This document shows positions 1 to 10,731 of a stretch of DNA of 64,000 nucleotides, piece by piece; the first letter of the stretch is position 1; each line of letters begins with the position of its first letter. The stretch covers positions 1,472,001 through 1,536,000 of the forward strand of contig CAWIPH010000002.1 of assembly GCA_963837955.1 (NCBI GenBank), read 5' to 3'. A program made the position numbers and the translations under genes. Below the pieces are notes generated by a model that was not told the origin of the DNA, did not search any database, and worked only from the letters and a program-made list of their open reading frames with translations. This DNA comes from an uncultured Verrucomicrobiae bacterium. Its GTDB lineage: Bacteria > Verrucomicrobiota > Verrucomicrobiia > Chthoniobacterales > JAFAMB01.

Positions 1-1039
1 TCCCCAGGGTTGCAGTGGCCCCGTGATGAATCAATGGGCCAACCCAGTAATGATCGACGGTCCGAATGGAGGTCGCGCTGAACGAGTGAAGATGTACGGC
101 AATAGCGCCGGGTAAAAAGCGAAAACTGGGATCAGCGACAACGCCGCTTGGTTGGTCCGAATACCAACCGAAATAGAGAATAGCGTTGGTCATTGGGTAA
201 CCGCTGGGGAAGAGTGCTTCAAACCGGTCGAGTATAACCGGACGGCCATGGGCTATGCTTTGATCCGCGATGTGAAACAGCCAATCGTCGGCAAGTTTGT
301 ATGCAGGATCGGTAATGCCGCGTGCGTCGACATAGGTCCAGCCCCAAAGACCCCTCTTTTCCGACGCAATCGCATCATCGATCATCCTGCGAACCTCATC
401 CGTGGAAGGACCGTCGAGTCTTGTGACTAGAAGCAATCGAGGATCAGAATCGGCCGCGGTAATCGGTTCCGAGCTCTGAAAATAGGGGTTTTGTAGCGGA
501 CCAGAAATTTGCCGGGAAAAGAAACCGAGAGCTGCTAATTCGGAATCGACGGCAGCCTCGTTGGACATCCCATATGGTTTGGTTGGATCAGGGCGATCCC
601 CGGTATAGGAGGCTTTGAACTTGATCTTCAAAGGAATGCCGCGGATCAAGGCTACAAATCTGATCCGATTCGCTGTGACTCGAGTTTGCAGATCGGCGCC
701 AGTAATCGAATCCCACCATCGGTCATGGGAAAAGCGGTCACGTAACGGTTCGGCAATCGTCGTGTCGTACTCGTCTCTTTCGATTTCTTCGTCGACCGGA
801 CAAGAAAGAGCGACGACCCGTTCCGGAGGAATCTTGCGACGCGCGGCGTAATATTCGGCGAGCGCCTTACTCTCTGGATATTTGGAATTGTAAACAACGA
901 TTGTCGCAAGCGTAGCCGAATCCGTAGGCGACGATGATGGAGAGCCTGCCCAGCAATTCAGAGATGCCACCAAGCTGAGAGCGAGCGAAATGGTGACCTC
1001 GTGTCGTGGACAGATTCGGGAGAATGCACGCGCCGTCAT
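1..1039 (-). CDS. TIGR03790 family exported protein (3' end runs off the window)
   Basis: Not in the ORF track because it has no stop in the window. Manual translation from ATG 1039: ...IVVYNSKYPESKALAEYYAARRKIP...NEAAVDSELAALG...NPYF...LVTRLDGPS..., typical of TIGR03790. Its start overlaps the MBL gene stop (ATGA). Confidence 0.8.
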   Translation of the reverse strand, partial: MTARAFSRICPRHEVTISLALSLVASLNCWAGSPSSSPTDSATLATIVVYNSKYPESKALAEYYAARRKIPPERVVALSCPVDEEIERDEYDTTIAEPLRDRFSHDRWWDSITGADLQTRVTANRIRFVALIRGIPLKIKFKASYTGDRPDPTKPYGMSNEAAVDSELAALGFFSRQISGPLQNPYFQSSEPITAADSDPRLLLVTRLDGPSTDEVRRMIDDAIASEKRGLWGWTYVDARGITDPAYKLADDWLFHIADQSIAHGRPVILDRFEALFPSGYPMTNAILYFGWYSDQPSGVVADPSFRFLPGAIAVHLHSFSATSIRTVDHYWVGPLIHHGATATLG

Positions 1040-1812
1040 ATCCTGAGTTCAAGGCCGTCGTATGCCAGGGAGCAATCAGGTGGCAAAATTTTCTCGATTT
1101 CCCCGTGAAGAAATTCGTGGCTTAAATGAGTAAAAATTGTGTGCCTCGGCAAGATCTTTGCGGAGAGAGCAATACCTTCTTGAAGGGTGAGATGAGCAAA
1201 GCGAGAAGTCGTCGTTGGCGTACCGAGCACCAATGTGTCCACGCCTTGCAGCAAGCCGATCCCTTCATCGGGAACAATCTTGCAATCGCTGATGTAGGCA
1301 AAAACGGATCGGTTGGCTGAGCGGACGAGAAAACCGAATGTGTGAATATTCCCGTGTTGGACCGGTATGGGAACGATTTCGTTCTGGCCGAGCCAAAAAG
1401 AGCCGTCGATTACGTGAGTCTCCGGCTGAATGTACCCAGGGAATTTCGCTTCCCCGCTGAAAGCATATCTAAACATACGCTCCAGGTGCTCGAGAGTTTG
1501 TTCTGAAGCGAATATCGGCATGCGGTCCTCGTTCGCCGAGCTGTATCGTCGAAGATCGTCAAACCCCACCACATGGTCCGCATGGGCATGGGTGTAAATA
1601 ACGGCATCTATTTCTTTGATTCCGGCTCGAAGAGCCTGCAGACGAAATTCCGCCCCCGTGTCAATCACCCAACTTGCACTGGGAGTTTGCAAATAGACCG
1701 AAGAACGCCAGCGCTGGTCGCGAGGATCAGACGAACGGCAAACGCGACAATCGCAGAGGATCACCGGTACCCCCATTGACGTTCCTGTTCCCAGAAAAGT
1801 GACCGCGAGCAT
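1036..1812 (-). CDS. MBL-fold metallo-hydrolase (PhnP/YycJ-like)
   Basis: FLGTGTSMGVP..C.C..C, THAHADH and THLSH motifs. Confidence 0.9.
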   Translation of the reverse strand: MLAVTFLGTGTSMGVPVILCDCRVCRSSDPRDQRWRSSVYLQTPSASWVIDTGAEFRLQALRAGIKEIDAVIYTHAHADHVVGFDDLRRYSSANEDRMPIFASEQTLEHLERMFRYAFSGEAKFPGYIQPETHVIDGSFWLGQNEIVPIPVQHGNIHTFGFLVRSANRSVFAYISDCKIVPDEGIGLLQGVDTLVLGTPTTTSRFAHLTLQEGIALSAKILPRHTIFTHLSHEFLHGEIEKILPPDCSLAYDGLELRI

Positions 1813-1852
1813 TTATTGAAAAAAGGCCGCGCCACCTTTACATAAGCTCTTT

Positions 1853-3511
1853 GTGCCCGCAACGCTGCGCTCGCTTCGCATCCGCAATCTTGCCTTGGTC
1901 GAGTTCCTGGATTGGGAGCTAGAACCAGGATTCACGGTTGTCACCGGAGAGACCGGTGCCGGCAAGTCGATTATACTCGGTGCACTGAAACTGGTCCTGG
2001 GAGAACGGGCAGATAAGAGCCTGATTCGGACCGGTGCGGAGCAGTGCTCGGTTGAAGCCCTTTTTGAGGTCGCGGACGTAGCCCGGATTAACGCAGTCCT
2101 ATCTGAGCAAGGCGTCGACCCCTGCGAGGGCGAACAACTACTATTGCGCCGGGTGTTGGCTGTGAACGGTACGAATCGACAGTTCATCAATGGGTGCCAG
2201 ACCACTTTAAGTGTCCTGAAGGAAGTCGGAGATGGGTTGGTCGATCTGCATGGACCACACGATCATCAGTCGCTGCTTGCGCGCGAATACCAGCTACGAT
2301 TGGTTGATGCGTTCGGCGGGAGTGAAGCGATTTATCACTCCTTTCGGGAAGTATTCGAAAAACTCCGAGCCTTCCAAGGTGAATTGGAACAATTGGAGTC
2401 GGAGAATGCCGCCGGGAACCTGGAGTTATGGCAACACCAGGTGTCGGAGATCCGTGACGCTGAGATTCAAGTGGGTGAGTTGGAAACGTTGGAAGCCAAG
2501 TATGCGCTAGCCAGCAACGCGCATCGAATTCTGGAGCTGACGGCCGTGAGTTTGCTGCAGCTCGCGGACGCCGAAGACTCAATCCTGACCCGACTCGGAG
2601 ACATCGCCCGAACGCTGCGGGAATTGGAAAAGCTCGATCCGGGCACCGCCGAATTGGCGCATAACCACGAGAGTGGTACGTTAGAACTGGAGGAATTGGA
2701 ACGAGGCCTGCGGCACTATCAGGAGAAGATCGACGTAGATCCGGGAACTCTTCGGCAGCTGGAAGAACGATTGAATTTGCTGGAGTCGTTGCGCCGGAAG
2801 TACCACCGCAACGAAGAGGAGTTGTTAACTTTGGCGACTGACCTCGAGGAAAGGTTGAGCCAGATCGACGGACGAGAAGCAGCGTTGGAGAAATTGCGGG
2901 CCCAAGTGGAAACAACTTCCCGGAAAATGCACGAGATCGGAAAGAATCTCGCTTCTTCCCGGCGAGTGGCTGGAAAGAAATTAACTGAACAGATCAGAGT
3001 TCACTTGGCGGATCTCGGCTTTCAACAAGCGAGGTTTGATCTGGAGTGGGAGGCTCTGACGGAGCCGATCAGCAGCGGGTTCGATCAGATTGAGTTTCTT
3101 TTTTCTCCGAATCCGGGCGAGCCGCATAAACCGCTTAGAGCGATCGCTTCCAGCGGGGAAATCTCACGTGTTATGTTGGCGATGAAGACCGCACTAGCCC
3201 AACAAGATCTGATCGGACTACTCGTCTTTGATGAGATCGACGCCAACGTCGGCGGTGAGATCGCCCATGCGGTCGGTCGAAAAATGCAGACCCTGGGTCA
3301 GAACCACCAGGTACTCGCCATCACTCACATGCCACAGGTGGCGGCTGCGGCTCGTAAGCATTTTTTTGTTAGCAAAGAAGTGAGTGAAGGACGGACCAGA
3401 ACCGCTCTGCAGGAAGTGGGTGGTGATGATCGTTTGGAGGAAATTGCGCGAATGCTCGGGGGCAAATCGCAATCAGCACTCGAACATGCTCGTACTCTTC
3501 TGGCAGGATGA
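1853..3511 (+). CDS. recN: DNA repair protein RecN
   Basis: TGETGAGKS Walker A, coiled coil, ASSGEISRVML, FDEID, ITHMPQVAA; 552 aa. Confidence 0.97.
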   Translation: MPATLRSLRIRNLALVEFLDWELEPGFTVVTGETGAGKSIILGALKLVLGERADKSLIRTGAEQCSVEALFEVADVARINAVLSEQGVDPCEGEQLLLRRVLAVNGTNRQFINGCQTTLSVLKEVGDGLVDLHGPHDHQSLLAREYQLRLVDAFGGSEAIYHSFREVFEKLRAFQGELEQLESENAAGNLELWQHQVSEIRDAEIQVGELETLEAKYALASNAHRILELTAVSLLQLADAEDSILTRLGDIARTLRELEKLDPGTAELAHNHESGTLELEELERGLRHYQEKIDVDPGTLRQLEERLNLLESLRRKYHRNEEELLTLATDLEERLSQIDGREAALEKLRAQVETTSRKMHEIGKNLASSRRVAGKKLTEQIRVHLADLGFQQARFDLEWEALTEPISSGFDQIEFLFSPNPGEPHKPLRAIASSGEISRVMLAMKTALAQQDLIGLLVFDEIDANVGGEIAHAVGRKMQTLGQNHQVLAITHMPQVAAAARKHFFVSKEVSEGRTRTALQEVGGDDRLEEIARMLGGKSQSALEHARTLLAG

Positions 3512-3638
3512 TCGGCCCATTTGGAAACCTCAAATTGGAGTGTAGTAGATAGATTTCGGCTGCTAGTGCAGATTGTTGGGTTTATTGCACGATTTTGCTG
3601 GACGAACAGATGCCAGTTAGCTCGTAAAGATCTGGTGT

Positions 3639-4550
3639 ATGCAGGAGACTGTCATTTTGGCAGGCGGAAACGGATTTCTTGGTCAGAATTTAGCGCGGTT
3701 TCTGATCCACGAAGGTTACTCGGTCGTCATCCTGAGCAGAACGCCCCAATCCGGAAAGGCGGTCCGTTCAATCGAATGGGACGGGAAAACACTCGGGAGT
3801 TGGATGAGATTCGTGAGCGGTGCGAAGGCGGTAGTGAACCTGGCAGGCCGGAGTGTCAATTGCCTGCATAACGAAAAGAATCGTCGCGAAATTCTCTATT
3901 CCCGATTGGATTCTGTTCGGGTTTTGGGCGAGGCGATCCGTTCTGTGGAACGGCCGCCGCGGGCGTTCATCCAAGCGACGTCGCTGGCCATATATGGAAA
4001 CAGTGGGGAACGAATAAATGACGAGTACGCGCCTGCCGGCGGTGACTTTTCCGTGGAGGTTTGCCAACTTTGGGAGGAATTAGTCCACGAACTCGACTTA
4101 TCGAACACCCGAAGAATCATCATGCGAATAGGATTCGTACTCGGTCGCGGTGGCGGCGCGTTAACTCCGCTCGTGCAGCTTGCGAAGTCTTATCTAGGTG
4201 GAACGATTGGCAGCGGGAAACAATATATCAGTTGGATTCACGTTGATGACTGGAACGAGATGATCCGCTGGTCGATCGAGAGGTCGGACGTCCAAGGCCT
4301 ATACAACGCCACGAGTCCGAATCCGGTTACCAATCGCCAATTTATGCGCGAGCTCCGAATCGCGCTTGGCCGTCCTTGGTCTCCGCCAACGCCCGCATTC
4401 GCAGTCAAAATAGGGGCGAACCTCTTTATGCGAACCGAACCAAGTCTTGCGCTGACCGGCCGGCGCTGCATACCGAGACGATTTCTGCAGCAAGGATTTC
4501 ATTTTCGGTATCCGGATCTCGCGCCAGCCCTCCGAGATGTTCTGGGATAG
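3639..4550 (+). CDS. TIGR01777 family NAD-dependent epimerase/oxidoreductase
   Basis: GGNGFLG, VVNLAG, GSGKQYISWIHVDD, GFHFRYPDL..AL. Confidence 0.92.
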   Translation: MQETVILAGGNGFLGQNLARFLIHEGYSVVILSRTPQSGKAVRSIEWDGKTLGSWMRFVSGAKAVVNLAGRSVNCLHNEKNRREILYSRLDSVRVLGEAIRSVERPPRAFIQATSLAIYGNSGERINDEYAPAGGDFSVEVCQLWEELVHELDLSNTRRIIMRIGFVLGRGGGALTPLVQLAKSYLGGTIGSGKQYISWIHVDDWNEMIRWSIERSDVQGLYNATSPNPVTNRQFMRELRIALGRPWSPPTPAFAVKIGANLFMRTEPSLALTGRRCIPRRFLQQGFHFRYPDLAPALRDVLG

Positions 4551-4750
4551 CAGAGTCAATATTCGCGATTTCTGATTGTATCGATCCGATCCTCCGTCAC
4601 GCGGCCAGATGTCCTAGATGCCCTCCTCTAGTGCCGGAATGGAAATAAGGTTTGTCCAATCTTCCCGTTCTAGCTGAGCCTCAAAGGAACGCGGATCGTC
4701 TACGAAGCCCGCGAATGGCCGTCGTCCCTTGGTATGGCTCAGCATTTCGC

Positions 4751-5827
4751 TCAGCCCATGATCCATCGCCAATACAGTGCGAGAAGCTCTGGTCCGGCCT
4801 GCGTCCAAATCACGGCTGCCAGAGACAAAAATGGGCCAAACGGAATCCGTGATGATAACCCGCGGCGCCCGAGCAATATGACGACAATGCCCCAAAGGCA
4901 CCCGAGAAGTGCGGCGATCGGGACGCAAAGCAATACACCTTTCCAACCGGTAAAACTACCAATCGCCGCGAGCAGTTTGACGTCGCCTCGCCCCATGGCC
5001 TCACGTGGGAATTGGGCATAGGAGGTGGTACCAGTTAGCTGCCTGATTTCTGAAAAAGGCATGGAGCGCTTTCCGCATTCAAGACGATCGGCAAAGAGCG
5101 AGATCTCGACCTGGCTCAGAGCTTCGCCGTTTAACTCTGCCGTGTTCGCCCGCAACCGTATCTGATCAGATCGACGAAAGAAATGTTCGTCCCAGGCAAA
5201 CGGTTCATCTCCGATAAATAGACATGGATCCCGGTCTGGTTGGTCTTCCAAACGGAACGCAGCCGGTTGGTTCCAGGTTAGCTTGTAGTGGCCGAAAGCC
5301 AGCTTTCCTGCTTCCCCGATGACAAAGAGGATGGCAGCACCGATGAATGCTCCGGCTGCAGAGCTGCCCAGACTGATCCATGATGACTTGGTTCCGTGTA
5401 ACGCTGGAACTAGCGCGCTGGATAGTAACCCCAGTACGACGCAGCCGAGTGAGATTGAATCGGGAATCAGAAAGAATTCGAGATCGATAAAGGTCGCCGC
5501 CACCAACGCCGCATACAAAAACCAGATTGGAATTGCCACCGGAAAACCGAATCGATAAGTCGCGGCGACGAACAGCAACGCGGTCAGTAACTCAATGAGT
5601 GGATATCGCCAGGAGACCGTCTGCTTACAGACGGCGCAATGCCCCCTCAACAGAAACCAGCTAAGCAGCGGGATATTATCAATCCAACGAATCGGCGACT
5701 GGCAATTCGGGCAAAACGATCTCGCGGGATTCCAAAGAGAGATATCGCGTGGGATCCGGTAAATGCAGCACCCAAGAAAAGATCCAACAATGAGGCCAAA
5801 GAGAGCGCTCAGAAACAGGTAGGCCAT
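4751..5827 (-). CDS. pilD: Type IV prepilin peptidase/N-methyltransferase (A24) with internal insertion
   Basis: GSFL..CIYRIP, CPNC/CAVC pairs, RYPLIELLT, FIDLE, MGRGDVKL, IPFGPFL. Confidence 0.9.
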   Translation of the reverse strand: MAYLFLSALFGLIVGSFLGCCIYRIPRDISLWNPARSFCPNCQSPIRWIDNIPLLSWFLLRGHCAVCKQTVSWRYPLIELLTALLFVAATYRFGFPVAIPIWFLYAALVAATFIDLEFFLIPDSISLGCVVLGLLSSALVPALHGTKSSWISLGSSAAGAFIGAAILFVIGEAGKLAFGHYKLTWNQPAAFRLEDQPDRDPCLFIGDEPFAWDEHFFRRSDQIRLRANTAELNGEALSQVEISLFADRLECGKRSMPFSEIRQLTGTTSYAQFPREAMGRGDVKLLAAIGSFTGWKGVLLCVPIAALLGCLWGIVVILLGRRGLSSRIPFGPFLSLAAVIWTQAGPELLALYWRWIMG

Positions 5828-5845
5828 CGCGCACCAGAGGAGCCT

Positions 5846-6430
5846 TCAAACGGCTCGGGCGTTGGTCGCTTGCGACAGCGCGGGTTCGACGAGTTCACAG
5901 AGTAGATGGATAATCACTTTGTGGGCTTCTTGAATACGGGCAGTTTCCGAATGAGGCACGATCAGCTCAATGGGGGCGATTCCGCGACAGCGACCTCCAT
6001 CTCGGCCAAGGATCGCAACGGCATGAAGGTCGAGCGCTCTTGCCTGCTCCAGGGCCCGACGGATGTTCTCGGATTGGCCGCTGGTGGAGAACGCAATCAA
6101 GAGGTCTCCTGGCGTGCCAAAAGCGATCACTTGGCGGGAAAAGATTTCAGCGAACGAATAATCGTTGCCGGTCGCAGTTAGTAACCCTCCATCGGCAGAT
6201 AAACTAATCGCGGGGAATGGACGACGGTCACCGATGAATCGACAGGCAATTTCAGTGGCTAAATGAGAACTATCCGTCGCGCTGCCACCGTTGCCACAAG
6301 TTAAAAGTTTCTTACCACCCAAAAGAGTCTGTTCGATTAGCTGGGCCGCCGATCGAATCGGCGCTTCGAGATCAAATAATAATTCAATGGCCGCAACAGC
6401 GTCCTGGATACTCTCGCGCACAGAAATCAC
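5846..6430 (-). CDS. gmhA: Phosphoheptose (sedoheptulose-7-P) isomerase, SIS domain; start uncertain (GTG 6430 or ATG 6505)
   Basis: CGNGGSA, GNDY, FSRQV, STSGQSEN, TARIQEAH. Confidence 0.92.
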   Translation of the reverse strand: MISVRESIQDAVAAIELLFDLEAPIRSAAQLIEQTLLGGKKLLTCGNGGSATDSSHLATEIACRFIGDRRPFPAISLSADGGLLTATGNDYSFAEIFSRQVIAFGTPGDLLIAFSTSGQSENIRRALEQARALDLHAVAILGRDGGRCRGIAPIELIVPHSETARIQEAHKVIIHLLCELVEPALSQATNARAV

Positions 6431-6507
6431 TTCGGGAAGCCTCTCGTGGCGAAGGAGTGATTTCAAGCTGGAAAACGCTTTGTTCGCAACCAATACTGCT
6501 TCCAATC

Positions 6508-6831
6508 ATGCGATACTTCGCCTTATTTGTTGGGCTGCTAGTCTTGGTAGGATGCGAATCGAGCAGTCAGTCTTCTGCGCCCGGAAGGATTACGAAAGAA
6601 CGCGCAATTGCCATCGCCATGGACGCGAACAAGCAGTATCCCGTTCCATTTTCAAAAGTGACGCGGGCTGCCTGGCGAGCGGAAGGTTACCCTAGTGGGT
6701 ACTACGCCATCGACTTCAAGGATGAAGATGAAGAATTCGGCAAGTTTTACCTCGTAGACGGCCAAGGCCACATCGTCGGTCAGGGACGAATCGCCAATGA
6801 CCACTACTATCCAGCAGGCGAGGTGCGCTAG
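6508..6831 (+). CDS. Hypothetical lipoprotein
   Basis: MRYFALFVGLLVLVG-C lipobox signal; ATG at 6508. Confidence 0.7.
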   Translation: MRYFALFVGLLVLVGCESSSQSSAPGRITKERAIAIAMDANKQYPVPFSKVTRAAWRAEGYPSGYYAIDFKDEDEEFGKFYLVDGQGHIVGQGRIANDHYYPAGEVR

Positions 6832-6848
6832 AGGTCTGACCCCCGATC

Positions 6849-6895
6849 GGTAGGGCGAAAGCCTGGTACGGTATCAGCCGTACCGGCTTGAGCCG
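6849..6895 (+). repeat. GTAG-type REP-like element GGTAGGGCGAAA-[hairpin]-TGAGCC (copy 1 of 7)
   Basis: Same ends at 27221, 39329, 57773, 58045, 62699, 63725. Confidence 0.75.
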
Positions 6896-7120
6896 TTCGT
6901 GCTGTACCCAAGATGTTTGTCGATGGCCGAAGTAGCCTGATGCTCCAGCCTCAGGGAGCATGTCGGTGATCGGTGATTAGTGAGATGACTCGTAAAAGGG
7001 GCAGTGGGAGATTTCTGCCGAGGATTTGCCGATAGGCGTTTCACCATTCACCAATCACTTCTCACCTCTCACACGCTGCAGTCGTGGGTTCCTGAGCCAG
7101 GAGGATCAGGCTACACTCGC

Positions 7121-8467
7121 CTACCGCCGGGAACGCAATCGGAACAAGATCGGCAAACCGTAATAGCCAAGCTGTTCGCGAATCTTGCCTTCGAGGTATC
7201 GACGGTAATCGTCAGTGAGGGTTTCCGGGTCGTTTACGAAAAGCAGAAAGGTTGGAGGGCGAATAGTATCTGAATGTTTATTATCTATTTGGGTGGCGTA
7301 TAGAATCTTGAGTCGACGATTGCTACGCGCTGGCGGCGGATGCGCTTCCAATGCTTGTTGCAGCAACCGATTCAATTGGCCTGTACCTAACGTCCGCTGC
7401 GCGTGCTTTTCGATCCTTTCGATGCTTTGAAACAGGCGATCCAGATTTTCACCGGTGTGGGCGGATAAGACATCGATCGGAGCATAATCTAGGAAGAACA
7501 AGTTAGAGCGAATCTGGCCGAGAACCGCGTTGAAAAAATCGCGTACGCGCGTCGACGGTTTCACTAGATCCAGCTTATTCACGATCACTAAGCAGGGTTT
7601 TTCACTCTCTTGGATCAGACCGGCAATCTTTTTGTCTTGAGCAGTAACGCCATCGACAGCGTCGACCACGAGTGCACAAATGTCCGCTCGTTCGATGCTT
7701 TTTTGCGCACGCATGACACTGAAGACTTCTACCGACGAGCTCTGCTTTCCTCGGGAGCGGATTCCGGCTGTGTCGATAAGTATGAATCGTTTGCCATCTC
7801 GCTCGTAGGGAATATCGACCGCGTCTCGAGTTGTCCCGGCGATGCTGCTGACCATCGTCCGCCGGTCCTGCAGGATCGCATTAACGAGCGAGGATTTCCC
7901 GACGTTTGGGCGACCGACGATCGCTAGTTTCAACTCCGGAAGTTTGGTCGACGAATCTGTCGTTTCATCCGGTAGATGTGCGGCAATCCGGTCCAGAAGT
8001 TCCGTGATACCGCGACCATGGGCGGCGCTAACCGGCAATACCTCGTGGAAGCCGAGCTTATGAAACTCGGCTTCATGATCGGTTTGCTTCGGATGATCTA
8101 TCTTGTTAACGACGACGACGATTGGTTTTTTTGCGGTTCGGAGCTCTCGAGCGAGCATTTCGTCGATCGGTGTCAGTCCGTCTCGAGCATCGGTTACGAA
8201 AAGAATGAGATTCGCCATTTCCATAGCGAGATCCGCTTCAGCTCTGACCTGTTCATCGAAAGAAGCATCAATAGCGGAACCAATACCGCCGGTATCGATG
8301 AGCGTGAATCGGACCGGACCAATCTCGCAATCAGCGCTCAGGCGGTCCCGGGTAACCCCGGGCTGGTCGTGCACGATGGCGATCCGCTGACGTATTAGAC
8401 GGTTGAACAACGCCGATTTTCCGACGTTCGGCCGTCCAACAATTGCGACGATAGGCAGTTTTCCCAT
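7121..8467 (-). CDS. der: Ribosome biogenesis GTPase Der/EngA
   Basis: Two GRPNVGKS G-domains, DTGG/DTAG, NKID/NKLD, C-terminal KH-like domain. Confidence 0.98.
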   Translation of the reverse strand: MGKLPIVAIVGRPNVGKSALFNRLIRQRIAIVHDQPGVTRDRLSADCEIGPVRFTLIDTGGIGSAIDASFDEQVRAEADLAMEMANLILFVTDARDGLTPIDEMLARELRTAKKPIVVVVNKIDHPKQTDHEAEFHKLGFHEVLPVSAAHGRGITELLDRIAAHLPDETTDSSTKLPELKLAIVGRPNVGKSSLVNAILQDRRTMVSSIAGTTRDAVDIPYERDGKRFILIDTAGIRSRGKQSSSVEVFSVMRAQKSIERADICALVVDAVDGVTAQDKKIAGLIQESEKPCLVIVNKLDLVKPSTRVRDFFNAVLGQIRSNLFFLDYAPIDVLSAHTGENLDRLFQSIERIEKHAQRTLGTGQLNRLLQQALEAHPPPARSNRRLKILYATQIDNKHSDTIRPPTFLLFVNDPETLTDDYRRYLEGKIREQLGYYGLPILFRLRSRR

Positions 8468-8629
8468 TCGATCTCATTTCTCCCGAAATCCCGACATCGA
8501 AGGTAGAAGCGATTGGATGCCGCTGGCAACCGCAGAAGTCACTCATTGTTACTGTCCTCCCAGAAATTCCGCTCTTGGCGCGAATCATCGATCGCCGGTT
8601 ACCACACTTGAGCCGGCAAAGTTTCGGGC

Positions 8630-9196
8630 TCAAGCACGGGGGGCTCGTCCTTGTCGCAACCCATCGATAACGTAACCAAGCCCGGAGGCTATCGTAAAAA
8701 GCGTTGCCAGGATGACCGGAAGAGTTAGTCCGACCGGAATACCAAGCATGACCCAGAGGATACTGACTATTTGCAGCACGGTTGCCGTCTTGCCGAGCCA
8801 ACTCGGGCGCACTTCTACGTGGCCGATCCGTTCGGTGAGTATGACAAAGCCGACGCCGAGTAACAGGTCACGGCTGATAACAATACAAGCAAAAAACCAC
8901 GGTAAAGAGGGACGCCAGCCAGACCAGGTCAGTACGATCAGAGCTGCAAAAATCAATCCCTTGTCCGCAATGGGATCGAGAATAGAACCGAGCCGGCTTC
9001 GCTGATTCCAATGACGGGCAACAAACCCGTCTATGCCATCCGTTACCGCTGCCAGCGAGAAAATAACTGTAGCGAAGACGCGAAGACCCTCCGACGGGGT
9101 AGAGCGGAGGACGGAGGAGCCGTAGCTCCACGCTGACCATACAAACAGAGGGATCAAGCAGATACGAGCAACCGTGATTTTGTTGGCCAATGTCAT
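8630..9196 (-). CDS. CDP-alcohol phosphatidyltransferase (PgsA-like)
   Basis: MTLANKITVARI start; DGIDGFVAR...G..LDPIADK signature. Confidence 0.9.
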   Translation of the reverse strand: MTLANKITVARICLIPLFVWSAWSYGSSVLRSTPSEGLRVFATVIFSLAAVTDGIDGFVARHWNQRSRLGSILDPIADKGLIFAALIVLTWSGWRPSLPWFFACIVISRDLLLGVGFVILTERIGHVEVRPSWLGKTATVLQIVSILWVMLGIPVGLTLPVILATLFTIASGLGYVIDGLRQGRAPRA

Positions 9197-9310
9197 AAGA
9201 CAGTCCATTCCCGAAAGAATGGCTGGAGCGAGCGCGGGAGAGTTTATCGAATGAAATAGCCAATAGCCAACCGCCGAAGCCAAAATTTGCTATGGGCTAT
9301 TTGCTGTTGC

Positions 9311-10000
9311 TCATCGCGATGCCGAGCTGGTTGCTGCGGCCGCGGTCGCTGGCTCGCTTCCGCGAAAGGCCACGATCCCTTGGTAAATTCTTTCTGTTAA
9401 TGCGTCGAGGTACTCCGGCGAAGCGATGCGCCTGGCTTCGACGGAATTGGTTAAGAATCCTCCCTCGATCAGAATCGCTGGATAAGCGTTCGTGCGGATC
9501 ACATGGAAGGCTGCGATATGGACTCCGCGGTTTGCTACGCCCGGGATCTGCAAAATGCTGGCGTGCACAAATTTGGCCAAGTCGGCGCTGCGCTGCGTGT
9601 AATAGTACGTTTCGATGCCTTCGATGTAGCGTTTCCACGAAGAATTGAAATGAACGCTGACGAAGACAGCGCTTTCTTGCCGATTCGACATCGCCACCCG
9701 CGTATCGAGAGGGATAAACGCATCTGTGGTCCGCGTGAGCACCGGGTAAAACCCTCCCTGTAGCAAGCGCTTTTGTAGCCGCAAGCCCACCTGGAGAGTC
9801 CAGACCTTTTCCGGTACGACGCCCCGGGGACTTGCTCCGGGATCATGACCCCCGTGGCCGGGATCAACAATAACCGTTCGAAACGTCGTTCGTTGGATAT
9901 TTCGTTGGGCACAACCTGAAACGAAACTCGCCCCAGCCAGGATGAAAAGTAGTAATCCGCGATGATGCTTCCGACCCTTCCCGAACAACAATTTTGCCAT
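9311..10000 (-). CDS. N-acetylmuramoyl-L-alanine amidase (Amidase_3), probable lipoprotein
   Basis: VDPGHGGHDPGA, EK, FVSVHFN, PAILIEGGFLTN; VSG-C lipobox. Confidence 0.93.
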   Translation of the reverse strand: MAKLLFGKGRKHHRGLLLFILAGASFVSGCAQRNIQRTTFRTVIVDPGHGGHDPGASPRGVVPEKVWTLQVGLRLQKRLLQGGFYPVLTRTTDAFIPLDTRVAMSNRQESAVFVSVHFNSSWKRYIEGIETYYYTQRSADLAKFVHASILQIPGVANRGVHIAAFHVIRTNAYPAILIEGGFLTNSVEARRIASPEYLDALTERIYQGIVAFRGSEPATAAAATSSASR

Positions 10001-10068
10001 GGTCTTGGAACAGCGAAGCAATCGGCTTCGGCTGGCCCGACCCTAAGCGAAAATTCATCTCGAGCAAA

Positions 10069-10731
10069 TTAACGAAGCTCGGTCTGCTCGAACTCGACCT
10101 TCACTTGATAGCCCAGGGGTGCAAGTTTCTCCTGTAGCTGTTGCTGAAAGCTCTGTTGCGCCTCCTCCGGAAGATTCGGCTCTTTCGCCATGGCGAGTTC
10201 GGGCAGGGCTTTCAGTTCGGTCTGAACGTCCTCCGGCTGAATCTTGTTCCAAAGTCCGTCTTGTAGTTGCTCCACATTCCAATCGAGCACCTCTGTGCTC
10301 AGGATTTTTGCTCGAGGCAGCTTTACCGAAACTGTGGACCCTTTGATGGTCACATCGCATTTCTTCTCGAGATCAAATCCGGCGTGTAAGCGAAACGTTG
10401 CTCGGATTCGGATGTGCTTGGTGCTGCCGAGCCATGTTTGATCCGACTCACGCGTCACTTCGCTGTCTTTAGTCAAGACGGTCAACTCCAATACATTCTG
10501 AGATTGCTGGTATACAACGTGGTCGCTGACCGAAATGCGTGGGCGCAACTGGAAAGAATCCGCTAAGACATTACGGACTTTTTCGATTTGGCTGGCGGAC
10601 TCGTGGGTGAACGAATCGATGAAACGGGAAGGCCAGCTCGTGATTTGCTGAAAAACCACAAAAACCAGAATTGCAATAATTCCGAAGGACAAGACGAAGG
10701 CAACCGGCCAAGATATGCGAAATCGGGACAT
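10069..10731 (-). CDS. DUF4230-like membrane-anchored protein
   Basis: N-terminal TM; WLGSTK...AGFDL...V.LPRAKILS pattern. Confidence 0.7.
   Translation of the reverse strand: MSRFRISWPVAFVLSFGIIAILVFVVFQQITSWPSRFIDSFTHESASQIEKVRNVLADSFQLRPRISVSDHVVYQQSQNVLELTVLTKDSEVTRESDQTWLGSTKHIRIRATFRLHAGFDLEKKCDVTIKGSTVSVKLPRAKILSTEVLDWNVEQLQDGLWNKIQPEDVQTELKALPELAMAKEPNLPEEAQQSFQQQLQEKLAPLGYQVKVEFEQTELR

Noticed and set aside
6849..6895. Group II intron domain V/VI remnant (GAGCCG)
   Set aside because: No domain V stem follows GAGCCG; the pattern fits a REP.
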